DNA of 64,000 nucleotides from an uncultured Alphaproteobacteria bacterium (GTDB lineage Bacteria; Pseudomonadota; Alphaproteobacteria; Rs-D84): NCBI GenBank assembly GCA_944389385.1, contig CALXMC010000003.1, positions 10,356 to 74,355 of the forward strand, read 5' to 3'. Shown piece by piece: positions 57,316 to 64,000 of this stretch (position 1 is its first letter; each line of letters starts with the position of its first letter). The notes under the pieces were generated by a model. It saw only the letters and a program-made list of their open reading frames with translations, ran no database searches and was not told where the DNA came from. The position numbers and the translations under genes were made by a program.

Positions 57316-59817
57316 ATGAACAAGTTGAAAAAGCAATTTTCTGATTTGCGGAAAAGCACACCAAAACATATACAATGGTTGTTGTTGGCGGCGGCCTTTG
57401 TTGTGGTTTTGATTTTGTTAACTTTGTTATTGACCCGCAAAGATACTGAACCCGTTACAACCACAGAAGATGAAGTCGCGCTGGAATTATATGTTACGCC
57501 AGATACCGTTGATTGGGCAAATGTTATGGTTGGCGAAACCGTTACGGAAACTTTGCAATTGTCGGCAAATGCACCCGTGCGCATAACAGATATTCGTTTT
57601 GCGAATGACGTTGACGGATTAAGCCATGTTGAAACATGCACACCAATGACAATAGATGATCAACTTTCGTGCTCGATAAAAATTACGTACAGCCCAACCG
57701 GTGCAATCAGTGCATATCCAGACGCAATGTATATCGATTGGCGTGGTGCAGACGAAAACGATATTATGCAGGAAAGTTACAAGGTTGTTTTAACATTGGG
57801 TGCCGTGGAACCTGAATTACCGGAACCCGAACCAATCCCCGAACCAGAACCGATTCCTGAACCCGATCCTGTCCCAGAACCAGAACCAGTTGCCGAACCG
57901 ACGACCGATTTTGATGACGATTTGGAAATTTTAATCCCAGAAAACGATTTTTCGTTGGATGATAATTTATTGTTTGAACCAGAACCGATATACGAACCAC
58001 TGGATACAGAACCTGAATACGTTCGCCCGCCCGAGGCCTGTGATGATTTCGCAATGCCTGCATATAATTTATCGGGGGTGCAAAGCGGGTGGATTCGTCC
58101 AAGTGGTGGCGCATACTATTATCACCCATTTTCTGATACGACGTGCAGCAACCCAACCGGGGTATATAACCCAGACAACGGAATTATTACAGATATAAAT
58201 AACCCAGGCCAAAAAATCGGAACCGATGCTGAAAACATCGGTATGGTTGCAATTGGTGGGAATGTTATTCCGCAATTGTCAAACCCTGTATCCACGCGCA
58301 GCGTATCTGGGCGCGCCCGCCAGGCAACCAACGAGGAATTGGGAATTGGTGGTGAAATTACAGCATTACCAGAAGATACCAGCAAACCACTTGGTCTGAA
58401 TCTGGCATCGGCGCCAGAGCCCGATGTAATTGTCGGCACCAGTGGAACGGCGGTATTTTCATCCGACCCGTTTGACAGAAAATTTGTATTGCGTCAATAT
58501 AAACCAATTCCGGCAACAATCGTGTCCGAGGTTCGTGCCGACCCATCATTATACAGTTGTGGCTCAGCCGGCGGCAACTGTTCCGGTCAAACATTGCCTG
58601 TACGTGCCACTGTTGACCGCAATGTTTATTCTGATGACGGTCGTACCGTTGTCATACCAACAGGAACGTTGATGTTGGGATATGTAACCGGCGAGTTACC
58701 CGGACCATATAAATCGGTTGGGCGTATGCAGATAAAATGGTACCAATTTATCTTGCCCAGTGGTGTCGAGTTTAATTTTTCCAAAAATGACGCGCCATTT
58801 TCCGGCGATTCCCAGGGACGTGCCGGTGTTCCCGGACATGGCAGCACTGATTATATCGAACAATTGGTTATGCCTATGATTACGGCAATTGTGCCGGCTG
58901 CGGTTAATATGATTGCACCAATCGCCGATACATTTGTAAATCAAATCGATTTGGATAATAATACTGTCGTGCAAAGCGGAACTGTACGTTCGTCTGAATT
59001 GGCAAAACAAGAAATTATTACCGCGTGGAACCAGGTTGCACAAAAATTACTGATGGATGCATTGGATAATACCGTGCCACCGTTCTCGATTGCGGCGGGT
59101 ACCCGTATTACCGTGTATTCACCCCAAGATTTGGTAATTACGTGCGGTAAAGACGACAGCAAAGAATGTTCCATATCAAATGTTCGCTCGAAATCTGGTC
59201 TTCTTGCCGCAGACAAAGAAAAAGATATGGAACGCAACATGCGCAAGGATGACTGGCGGGGAGATGCTCAGGAGGTACGTGTTGACTATGCTGATTCTTC
59301 CTGGATTGGCCAAGCCCGGTCATTCGATTTAAGCAAATTCTGTATCCAAGACGCAGATGGTATATGGGGGGTTGATAATAGCAAGCGCGGCGAAATCCAG
59401 GAATCAGGTTATGATTACAGGACTGTGTTGGGGTATTGTCAATCACTGAATTACCAGGCGATAAATAATGCGCGTCAAGATGCGCTGTATCAGGATCAAC
59501 AAAAACAGTTCCAGGACTCGTACAGTGACGTAACCAGCAACGATTCATTTGTATCGTATGGCAGTCTGTCTGGGATTCAGGGCGATCAAAAGTATAACGA
59601 AGAAGTATTGGGTCTGACATACGATGATGGTGCAATACAAAATCCATTTGCAAGCGTCGAAGAAACGGCACCGGTTGAAACGGTTATTACGTGCGAAGGT
59701 GGTGCATTACCCGATGCAAATGGGTGCTGTCCAGGTGAAACTTACACCGATATGGGCGAACAAGGATTCAATTGTTGCCCCGATGGTGGTGGCGATTGCT
59801 TCCCGCCGATATTGTAG
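57316..59817 (+). CDS. virB10: Type IV secretion system protein VirB10/TrbI, unusually long (833 aa) with Pro-Glu repeat linker and Cys-rich C-terminal extension
   Basis: N-terminal cytoplasmic segment plus TM (WLLLAAAFVVVLILLTLLL). PEPEPIPEPEPIPEPDPVPEPEPVAEP repeat. VirB10 barrel-domain signature ..RATVDRNVYSDDGRTVVIPTGTLMLGYVTGELPGPYKSVGRMQIKWYQFILPSGVEFNF..GRAGVPGHGSTDY. Then about 240 extra residues ending CEGGALPDANGCCPGETYTDMGEQGFNCCPDGGGDCFPPIL. Confidence 0.8.
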   Translation: MNKLKKQFSDLRKSTPKHIQWLLLAAAFVVVLILLTLLLTRKDTEPVTTTEDEVALELYVTPDTVDWANVMVGETVTETLQLSANAPVRITDIRFANDVDGLSHVETCTPMTIDDQLSCSIKITYSPTGAISAYPDAMYIDWRGADENDIMQESYKVVLTLGAVEPELPEPEPIPEPEPIPEPDPVPEPEPVAEPTTDFDDDLEILIPENDFSLDDNLLFEPEPIYEPLDTEPEYVRPPEACDDFAMPAYNLSGVQSGWIRPSGGAYYYHPFSDTTCSNPTGVYNPDNGIITDINNPGQKIGTDAENIGMVAIGGNVIPQLSNPVSTRSVSGRARQATNEELGIGGEITALPEDTSKPLGLNLASAPEPDVIVGTSGTAVFSSDPFDRKFVLRQYKPIPATIVSEVRADPSLYSCGSAGGNCSGQTLPVRATVDRNVYSDDGRTVVIPTGTLMLGYVTGELPGPYKSVGRMQIKWYQFILPSGVEFNFSKNDAPFSGDSQGRAGVPGHGSTDYIEQLVMPMITAIVPAAVNMIAPIADTFVNQIDLDNNTVVQSGTVRSSELAKQEIITAWNQVAQKLLMDALDNTVPPFSIAAGTRITVYSPQDLVITCGKDDSKECSISNVRSKSGLLAADKEKDMERNMRKDDWRGDAQEVRVDYADSSWIGQARSFDLSKFCIQDADGIWGVDNSKRGEIQESGYDYRTVLGYCQSLNYQAINNARQDALYQDQQKQFQDSYSDVTSNDSFVSYGSLSGIQGDQKYNEEVLGLTYDDGAIQNPFASVEETAPVETVITCEGGALPDANGCCPGETYTDMGEQGFNCCPDGGGDCFPPIL

Positions 59818-59823
59818 GTGTGG

Positions 59824-59861
59824 GTTACTCGTGACTCGTTACTCGTGACTCGTTACTCGTG
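59824..59861 (+). repeat. Tandem heptad repeat array (5.5 units of GT[TG]ACTC) immediately after the virB10 stop
   Basis: TAG GTGTGG GTTACTC GTGACTC GTTACTC GTGACTC GTTACTC GTG. Confidence 0.8.
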
Positions 59862-60070
59862 TTTCACCCTTCGCCAAGGATTCGGGTGATAAACCACCCC
59901 GGCACTTCGTGCCACCCCTCCGCAGAGGGGAACTTTGTTCCGCGACGTGACGAGAGATAGCAGCCATATTCTGCCGCTAGATGGGGAACTTTGTTCCGCG
60001 ACGGGACGAGCCAAGTTCCCCTCCATTGGAGGGGTGGTGGCTTGCCGCCGGGGTGGTTAGAGAGTGCAGG
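59862..60070 (+). repeat. Copy A of a roughly 165-200-bp structured non-coding repeat
   Basis: Shares about 85% identity over about 165 bp with 60531-60720. Contains internal 24-bp direct repeats AACTTTGTTCCGCGACG(T/G)GACGAG flanking AGATAGCAGCCATATTCTGCCGCTAGATGG. Has several short hairpins (GGCACTTCGTGCC; CCCCTCCGCAGAGGGG) and imperfect terminal inverted repeats TAAACCACCCC..GGGGTGGTTAG. Confidence 0.7.
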
Positions 60071-60089
60071 ATTAGGTACTTAATCCCTT

Positions 60090-60154
60090 GTCATTCCCGC
60101 GCCCAGGGTCCCCGCAAATACGAATGTATTTGTGGGGTGGTTAAGGCGGGAATT
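60090..60154. repeat. Nested hairpin element bounded by ATTCCCGC..GCGGGAAT
   Basis: GTCATTCCCGCG..CCCCGCAAATACGAATGTATTTGTGGGG..GGCGGGAATTC: an outer 8-bp inverted repeat enclosing an inner 12-bp near-perfect palindrome. Confidence 0.6.
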
Positions 60155-60179
60155 CTATAACTTTTTAGCAATAATTTTT

Positions 60180-60321
60180 GTCATTCCCGCGAAGGCGGGA
60201 ATAGGGCTTGGGTTGTTAATAATTATTTAATTTTGGGAATAATTCAGCGTTATATTTTTTATTCACCCGCAATCCGCGATATGAATTTAATAGACCCTAT
60301 TCCCGCCTGCGCGGGAATGAC
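60180..60321. mobile_element. MITE/NIME-like element: two 27-bp inverted copies of an ATTCCC-N8-GGGAAT hairpin flanking a 90-bp AT-rich core
   Basis: Left end GTCATTCCCGCGAAGGCGGGAATAGGG at 60180-60206. Right end CCCTATTCCCGCCTGCGCGGGAATGAC at 60295-60321, the reverse complement with 1 mismatch. The core is about 75% AT. No ORF. Confidence 0.5.
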
Positions 60322-60513
60322 AAGAGTGGTGCGGGCTTGAGCACTTAGTCCCCTTTGTCATCGCGAGGGAGTGAAACGATCGTGGCGATCCAGTGAATAA
60401 AAAAGCACTGCGGGCATTCGCCCGCAGACATATTGCACTGGATTGCCACAGTCGTACGACAACGTTTTCAACGTTGATCGTACTCCTTCGCAATGACAGC
60501 GGTGGGGGTACTT

Positions 60514-60527
60514 GTTACTCGTAACTC
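60514..60527 (+). repeat. GTTACTC heptad repeat motif (2 units) with no adjacent gene
   Basis: GTGGGGGTACTTG TTACTCG TAACTCT TG, directly preceding copy B of the structured repeat. Confidence 0.65.
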
Positions 60528-60530
60528 TTG

Positions 60531-60850
60531 ATAAACCACCCTTCGCCAGGGCTTCGGGCGATAGACCACCCCGCCCCAACCACCCACGAAAATTGCATTT
60601 TCGTGGGGCCCGGTATCGCGGCACCCCTCCGCTAGATGAGGAACTTAGACCGCAACAAGACGAGAGATAGCAGCCATATTCTGCCGCTAGATGGAGAACT
60701 TTGTTCCGCGACGGTACGAGAGTCAGTACCACCATCCATCGTAAAGGGTAACTTACCCCGCCCAGGTTCCACCCACGTAAACTTTGTTTGCGCGGGGCTC
60801 GGTGTGGGTCGGTGGGCATTGGTGCGTTCCTGTCGTGGGGGATTGAAATA
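60531..60850 (+). repeat. Copy B of the structured non-coding repeat
   Basis: GATAAACCACCC TTCGCCAGGG CTTCGGGCGATAGACCACCCC, then a 50-bp insertion carrying the perfect hairpin CCACGAAAATTGCATTTTCGTGG, then the shared core ACCCCTCCGC..GAGAGATAGCAGCCATATTCTGCCGCTAGATGGAGAACTTTGTTCCGCGACGGTACGAG. The right arm diverges from copy A. Confidence 0.65.
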
Positions 60851-60890
60851 TTTGCAAGATGCACTATAAGTATTTTTGATACTAAAATTG

Positions 60891-60916
60891 TGCGCGCATT
60901 GGCGCGCTTTTTTTAT
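60891..60916 (+). terminator. Terminator-like hairpin
   Basis: GCGCGCATTGGCGCGC followed by TTTTTTTATTT. Confidence 0.35.
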
Positions 60917-61088
60917 TTGCAATTGCAAAAAAATCCAATTATCGCGATTCGCAATGCAAATTAAAAAAACTGGGAACGAATCGAAAAACTTATTCGATAT
61001 ACAACCAACAGTTGTAATGTTTTACAGATTCAACCAAATGCTTTATACATAAAGTACACGATTAACAATTACCCAAAGGAGAGATAAA

Positions 61089-61442
61089 ATGAATAAACAA
61101 AACACATGCGAATTAACATCAAATGCTGAAAAATTCCAAAGCGCAGAACAATTATGGTTTTGGTTTTTATATTCCAAATCTGTACGAAATGGTTTTAATC
61201 AAAATCACAATGTAACAACACGACGCGTGTGCGAAATTCTGGATGTAGAAACGTTAATTACCAAACTGTATTTATCTGGTAAATTAACCGATGCCCAGTT
61301 GGCTGTGATGAAAAAATTTGGCGATCGGCGGCGGGCACCACATCAGTATATTTGGGCTGAAAACCATGCGGCCGCACTGTGGCGCAGCGCAATGGATGTA
61401 ATAGATTCAGCCGCCAAACAAATGGGATGGTTGGAACAATAA
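61089..61442 (+). CDS. Hypothetical small protein
   Basis: RBS AAAGGAGAG 6 nt before the ATG. 117 aa. MNKQNTCELTSNAEKFQSAEQLWFWFLYS.. No recognisable domain. Confidence 0.4.
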   Translation: MNKQNTCELTSNAEKFQSAEQLWFWFLYSKSVRNGFNQNHNVTTRRVCEILDVETLITKLYLSGKLTDAQLAVMKKFGDRRRAPHQYIWAENHAAALWRSAMDVIDSAAKQMGWLEQ

Positions 61443-61863
61443 TAAGCAACTGTTTTTTACAAATGTTGTCCGCGCGCCATGCGGATTTTTTTATATCGTT
61501 ACAGTTAACAAGCCACAGGATATTATCATGATAATTGCTTTTTCGCCGAATTCTTCACGAATTATACCGCGAATTTTTTGCAGAAAATTCCGCCATTGCG
61601 CGCCCATTATCGAACCCACGCGCGGGCGGTTCATTATGTACCAATTCGTGCATCGGGGGCATATTGCGCAAATTTATCTGACCACGCGCGCGATAAAAAT
61701 CCTGGGGGCAAATGGTTGGCATTTTATAACTGTATCCGCCGTCCCACCCCGCGATTTAATGCAACGCGCACGTGCATGTCGGTCGTGCGTTGCGTTTTGT
61801 AAATTGGCAATCGGGATACGTTCAGCGCGAACATTTACCCCATTGGGGCTGTATCGGTTACTC

Positions 61864-61890
61864 GCAAAAAGCGCGCGCCACTGGCGCGCC
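61864..61890 (-). terminator. Rho-independent terminator of yidC
   Basis: On the minus strand: GGGCGCGCCAGTGGCGCGCGC hairpin followed by TTTTTGCGAG, immediately after the yidC stop. Confidence 0.55.
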
Positions 61891-61894
61891 CAAT

Positions 61895-63487
61895 TCACGA
61901 GTTACGGGTAACTTTTTTAATATAATACATCTGCCCCAGGCCAAAGATGTTTGAAATCGTCCAGTACAAGACCAATCCCGACGGCATCCATGCAAACATT
62001 ACTGTAAACAGTAACGGCATCCATTTCATCATTCGCTGGGTCTGGGCCACAGGGTCGTCTTTCTTGGTGTCTGATTTTGGCGCGGATGCACTTTGCATAT
62101 ATTGCTGTAACCACATCGTCGCCCCCATCAGTATCGGCAAGATAAAGTAAGGATCCATTGACGCCAAATCAGATATCCACAGAAAATGTGCGCCACGCAT
62201 TTGAACCGATATCAGCAGCGCTTTATACAGCGCAAAGAAAATTGGAATTTGAATCAACATCGGCAAACATCCCGACATCGGGGACGTCTTGTGCGTTTGG
62301 TACAGACGCATCATTTCCATCTGCATACGCGCGCGGTCATTGGCATACAGTTTTTGAATCCGCGCCATTTCAGGCTGCATTTTTTGCATCGCCGCCATGG
62401 ATGTATATGATTTGCGTGTCAATGGCCACATTGCCAAGCGCAACAACAATGTCATTATGATAATTGCCACGCCGTAATTCATAACAACTGAATTCAATAT
62501 GTGCAGCAACCATAAAATCGGACGAACAAAGAACCAAAACCATCCATAATCAACCGTTTCATCCAAGCCCGAGATTATCGTATCGGCCGACTGCAATATG
62601 CGATGGTCGCGTGGCCCCATATATAAATTCGTTGTAATGGTTACGTCTGAGCCCGGTGCAATCTGGACTGCGGCGGCCGCGGCATCCGCAATAAACATAT
62701 CGCCCAGTGGCTTTACACGCATTGTTTGATCGGGGGACGCAATGGACAAAACTGTTTCCCAATACTGATCCACAAATCCGATAAATCCAGAATCTGTCGA
62801 ATAAGCATACGATTTATCCGCAATGCGTGGCCAATCTTCGTGTTCCAAATCAAAATTCACGTATGCAACCGAACCACTATACACGCCCGCCGAAGACTCC
62901 ATGTCGTTCGCACGCAGAATTTCTGCATAGGGGGCAATCGCAATCGCGTCGGATGTATTATTTTTTATCGTGTCATTAACCGATATAACATATCCATCAA
63001 CCGTGATTTTGCGGTTAAATTCAACGCCATCTGAATTGCGCCACGAATAAGTATCGCCGTTTTGTTCCCACACCGTCGTTTGTGTCGGGACATCAACCCC
63101 ATTGGCAATCATACCAACCAACGCGTACGCACCGTCCGCACCCAACAATACAACCGGGTCGGATTCATCATTGGACGCGTCCGCAGCATAATCCAACAAT
63201 TTTACGTCTGATATACGCAGACCTTGAACCGTGGCGGTTAAATTTTCAGACGATATTTCAGACGTCGGCACCCCAGACACATCAACCGTTTCGATTTGGG
63301 TATCGGTTACTTCTGGCTTTGGCGTATTTGGTGTCATCCACCAAGACAACAACCACCACGATGCTATAAACAAAATAAACCACCACAATATCCCGCCCAG
63401 ACGCGATTTTTTGGCATTCGCGTCACGATCACGCGCAGCGTTCCATTGTTGAAATCCTGATGTATTATTATTCAAATATTTTACCAT
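61895..63487 (-). CDS. yidC: Membrane protein insertase YidC
   Basis: 530 aa. N-terminal TM, large periplasmic domain, C-terminal five-TM core (..MWPLTRKSYTSMAAMQKMQPEMARIQKLY..). Confidence 0.9.
   Translation of the reverse strand: MVKYLNNNTSGFQQWNAARDRDANAKKSRLGGILWWFILFIASWWLLSWWMTPNTPKPEVTDTQIETVDVSGVPTSEISSENLTATVQGLRISDVKLLDYAADASNDESDPVVLLGADGAYALVGMIANGVDVPTQTTVWEQNGDTYSWRNSDGVEFNRKITVDGYVISVNDTIKNNTSDAIAIAPYAEILRANDMESSAGVYSGSVAYVNFDLEHEDWPRIADKSYAYSTDSGFIGFVDQYWETVLSIASPDQTMRVKPLGDMFIADAAAAAVQIAPGSDVTITTNLYMGPRDHRILQSADTIISGLDETVDYGWFWFFVRPILWLLHILNSVVMNYGVAIIIMTLLLRLAMWPLTRKSYTSMAAMQKMQPEMARIQKLYANDRARMQMEMMRLYQTHKTSPMSGCLPMLIQIPIFFALYKALLISVQMRGAHFLWISDLASMDPYFILPILMGATMWLQQYMQSASAPKSDTKKDDPVAQTQRMMKWMPLLFTVMFAWMPSGLVLYWTISNIFGLGQMYYIKKVTRNS
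61896..61912 (-). repeat. GTTACTC-family motif overlapping the last codons and stop of yidC
   Basis: Minus-strand sense GTTACCC GTAACTC GTGA encodes ..VTRNS-stop. Same heptad family as at the virB gene ends. Confidence 0.6.
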
Positions 63488-63499
63488 AACGTTTTTCCA

Positions 63500-64000
63500 T
63501 TATTGTTCTTTACATGCACGCACACAACGACGACGCGCCAATATCAAGTTTAATATAAGCCACGCAACGCCAATTACAATACACATGTCTGCAACGTTGA
63601 ACGCAGGCCAATGCCGCCCGCCAACATGAAAGTCTAAAAAATCAACCACTGCGCCAAAACGCGCACGGTCAATCAAGTTGCCGACTGCACCGCCAACAAC
63701 CAACGCCAACGGCGCACGTTCGTATTTCGGCGCGCGCGCAAATAAATAATATCCAATAAAACCGATGATAAATCCAGTCGCGATTATTATGATTATGGGT
63801 GCAGCCTCGCCCAAATTGCGCAATATGGAAAACGATGCGCCCGGATTCCACGTAAATACAATGTTAAAGAAATCACACACATGCGCCATCAAATAAGGCA
63901 CAGGTACCACATCCCACGCGGGTCCTGCAAACGGAACTGTACCCGTTATAAAATATAACAGTATGGATTTTGTAATCTGGTCGGCAACAATGGCCGCCAA
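63500..64000 (-). CDS. lspA: Lipoprotein signal peptidase II. Partial: the 5' end lies beyond the window.
   Basis: ..FNIVFTWNPGASFSIL..FGAVVDFLDFHVGGRHWPAFNVADMCIVIGVAWLIL are the conserved LspA motifs. The ORF is open at the window edge. Confidence 0.85.
   Translation of the reverse strand: MAAIVADQITKSILLYFITGTVPFAGPAWDVVPVPYLMAHVCDFFNIVFTWNPGASFSILRNLGEAAPIIIIIATGFIIGFIGYYLFARAPKYERAPLALVVGGAVGNLIDRARFGAVVDFLDFHVGGRHWPAFNVADMCIVIGVAWLILNLILARRRCVRACKEQ

Noticed and set aside
60090-60321. Inference that the organism is a Neisseria because of dRS3-like ATTCCC-N8-GGGAAT hairpins
   Set aside because: No neisserial DNA uptake sequence (GCCGTCTGAA) was seen anywhere. GC and gene content (olsBA, virB8-10 beside tRNA-Trp) do not fit. 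The resemblance is to the element architecture only.
59930-60720. Possible mini-CRISPR: two 24-bp direct repeats separated by a 30-bp spacer in each copy of the 165-bp element
   Set aside because: Only two repeats per unit. The spacer is identical in both copies. No cas genes. This is internal structure of a dispersed repeat, not a CRISPR array.
60358-60864. 168-aa minus-strand ORF and other short ORFs across the 59.8-60.9 kb repeat tract
   Set aside because: They are encoded by palindromic and repeated DNA (translations are Pro/Arg/Gly-rich nonsense) and lack RBSs. I treat the tract as non-coding.
61528-61911. 127-aa plus-strand ORF
   Set aside because: It overlaps the yidC terminator hairpin and yidC 3' end. 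There is no RBS. The translation is Arg/Cys-rich nonsense.

Overview
The window is a 64-kb chromosomal segment of a Gram-negative (diderm) bacterium with roughly 45-48% GC and dense coding on both strands. I could not place it taxonomically from sequence alone. An alphaproteobacterial or host-associated lifestyle is a guess based on olsBA, rvh-like virB genes, many outer-membrane beta-barrel proteins and a Pmp-like autotransporter.

Conserved backbone: a partial oleate hydratase, ogt-tag, ldh, proS, olsB-olsA, mltB, hemW, a pepO-like M13 peptidase, fabH-ihfA, guaC, an orphan mraZ, plsX-rpmF, and the block rpoC-rpoB-rplL-rplJ-rplA-rplK-nusG-secE-tRNA-Trp. There are also tRNA-Thr and tRNA-Arg(CCT).

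Accessory content:
1. A low-GC MmeI-like Type IIG restriction-modification gene inserted immediately 3' of tRNA-Thr.
2. An 18-bp direct repeat of the tRNA-Arg 3' end, next to a small Cys/His-rich membrane protein.
3. A cluster of three secreted cysteine-rich coiled-coil proteins around a leaderless gene for a minimal protein-kinase-like fold. This is the best candidate for an undescribed system.
4. A phospholipase D lipoprotein and a Pmp-like autotransporter.
5. A truncated type IV secretion block virB8-virB9-virB10 sitting directly beside tRNA-Trp/secE. VirB9 carries a C-terminal SPOR peptidoglycan-binding domain. VirB10 has a PEP-repeat linker and a Cys-rich C-terminal extension.
6. The virB genes and two other genes are punctuated by a family of GTTACTC heptad repeats placed right at stop codons.
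7. The virB block is followed by about 1.2 kb of non-coding DNA with two copies of a roughly 165-bp structured repeat and a MITE/NIME-like element bounded by ATTCCC-N8-GGGAAT hairpins.

Coordinates taken from the ORF track are exact. Coordinates of RNA genes, repeats and terminators were indexed by hand and may be off by 1-2 nt.
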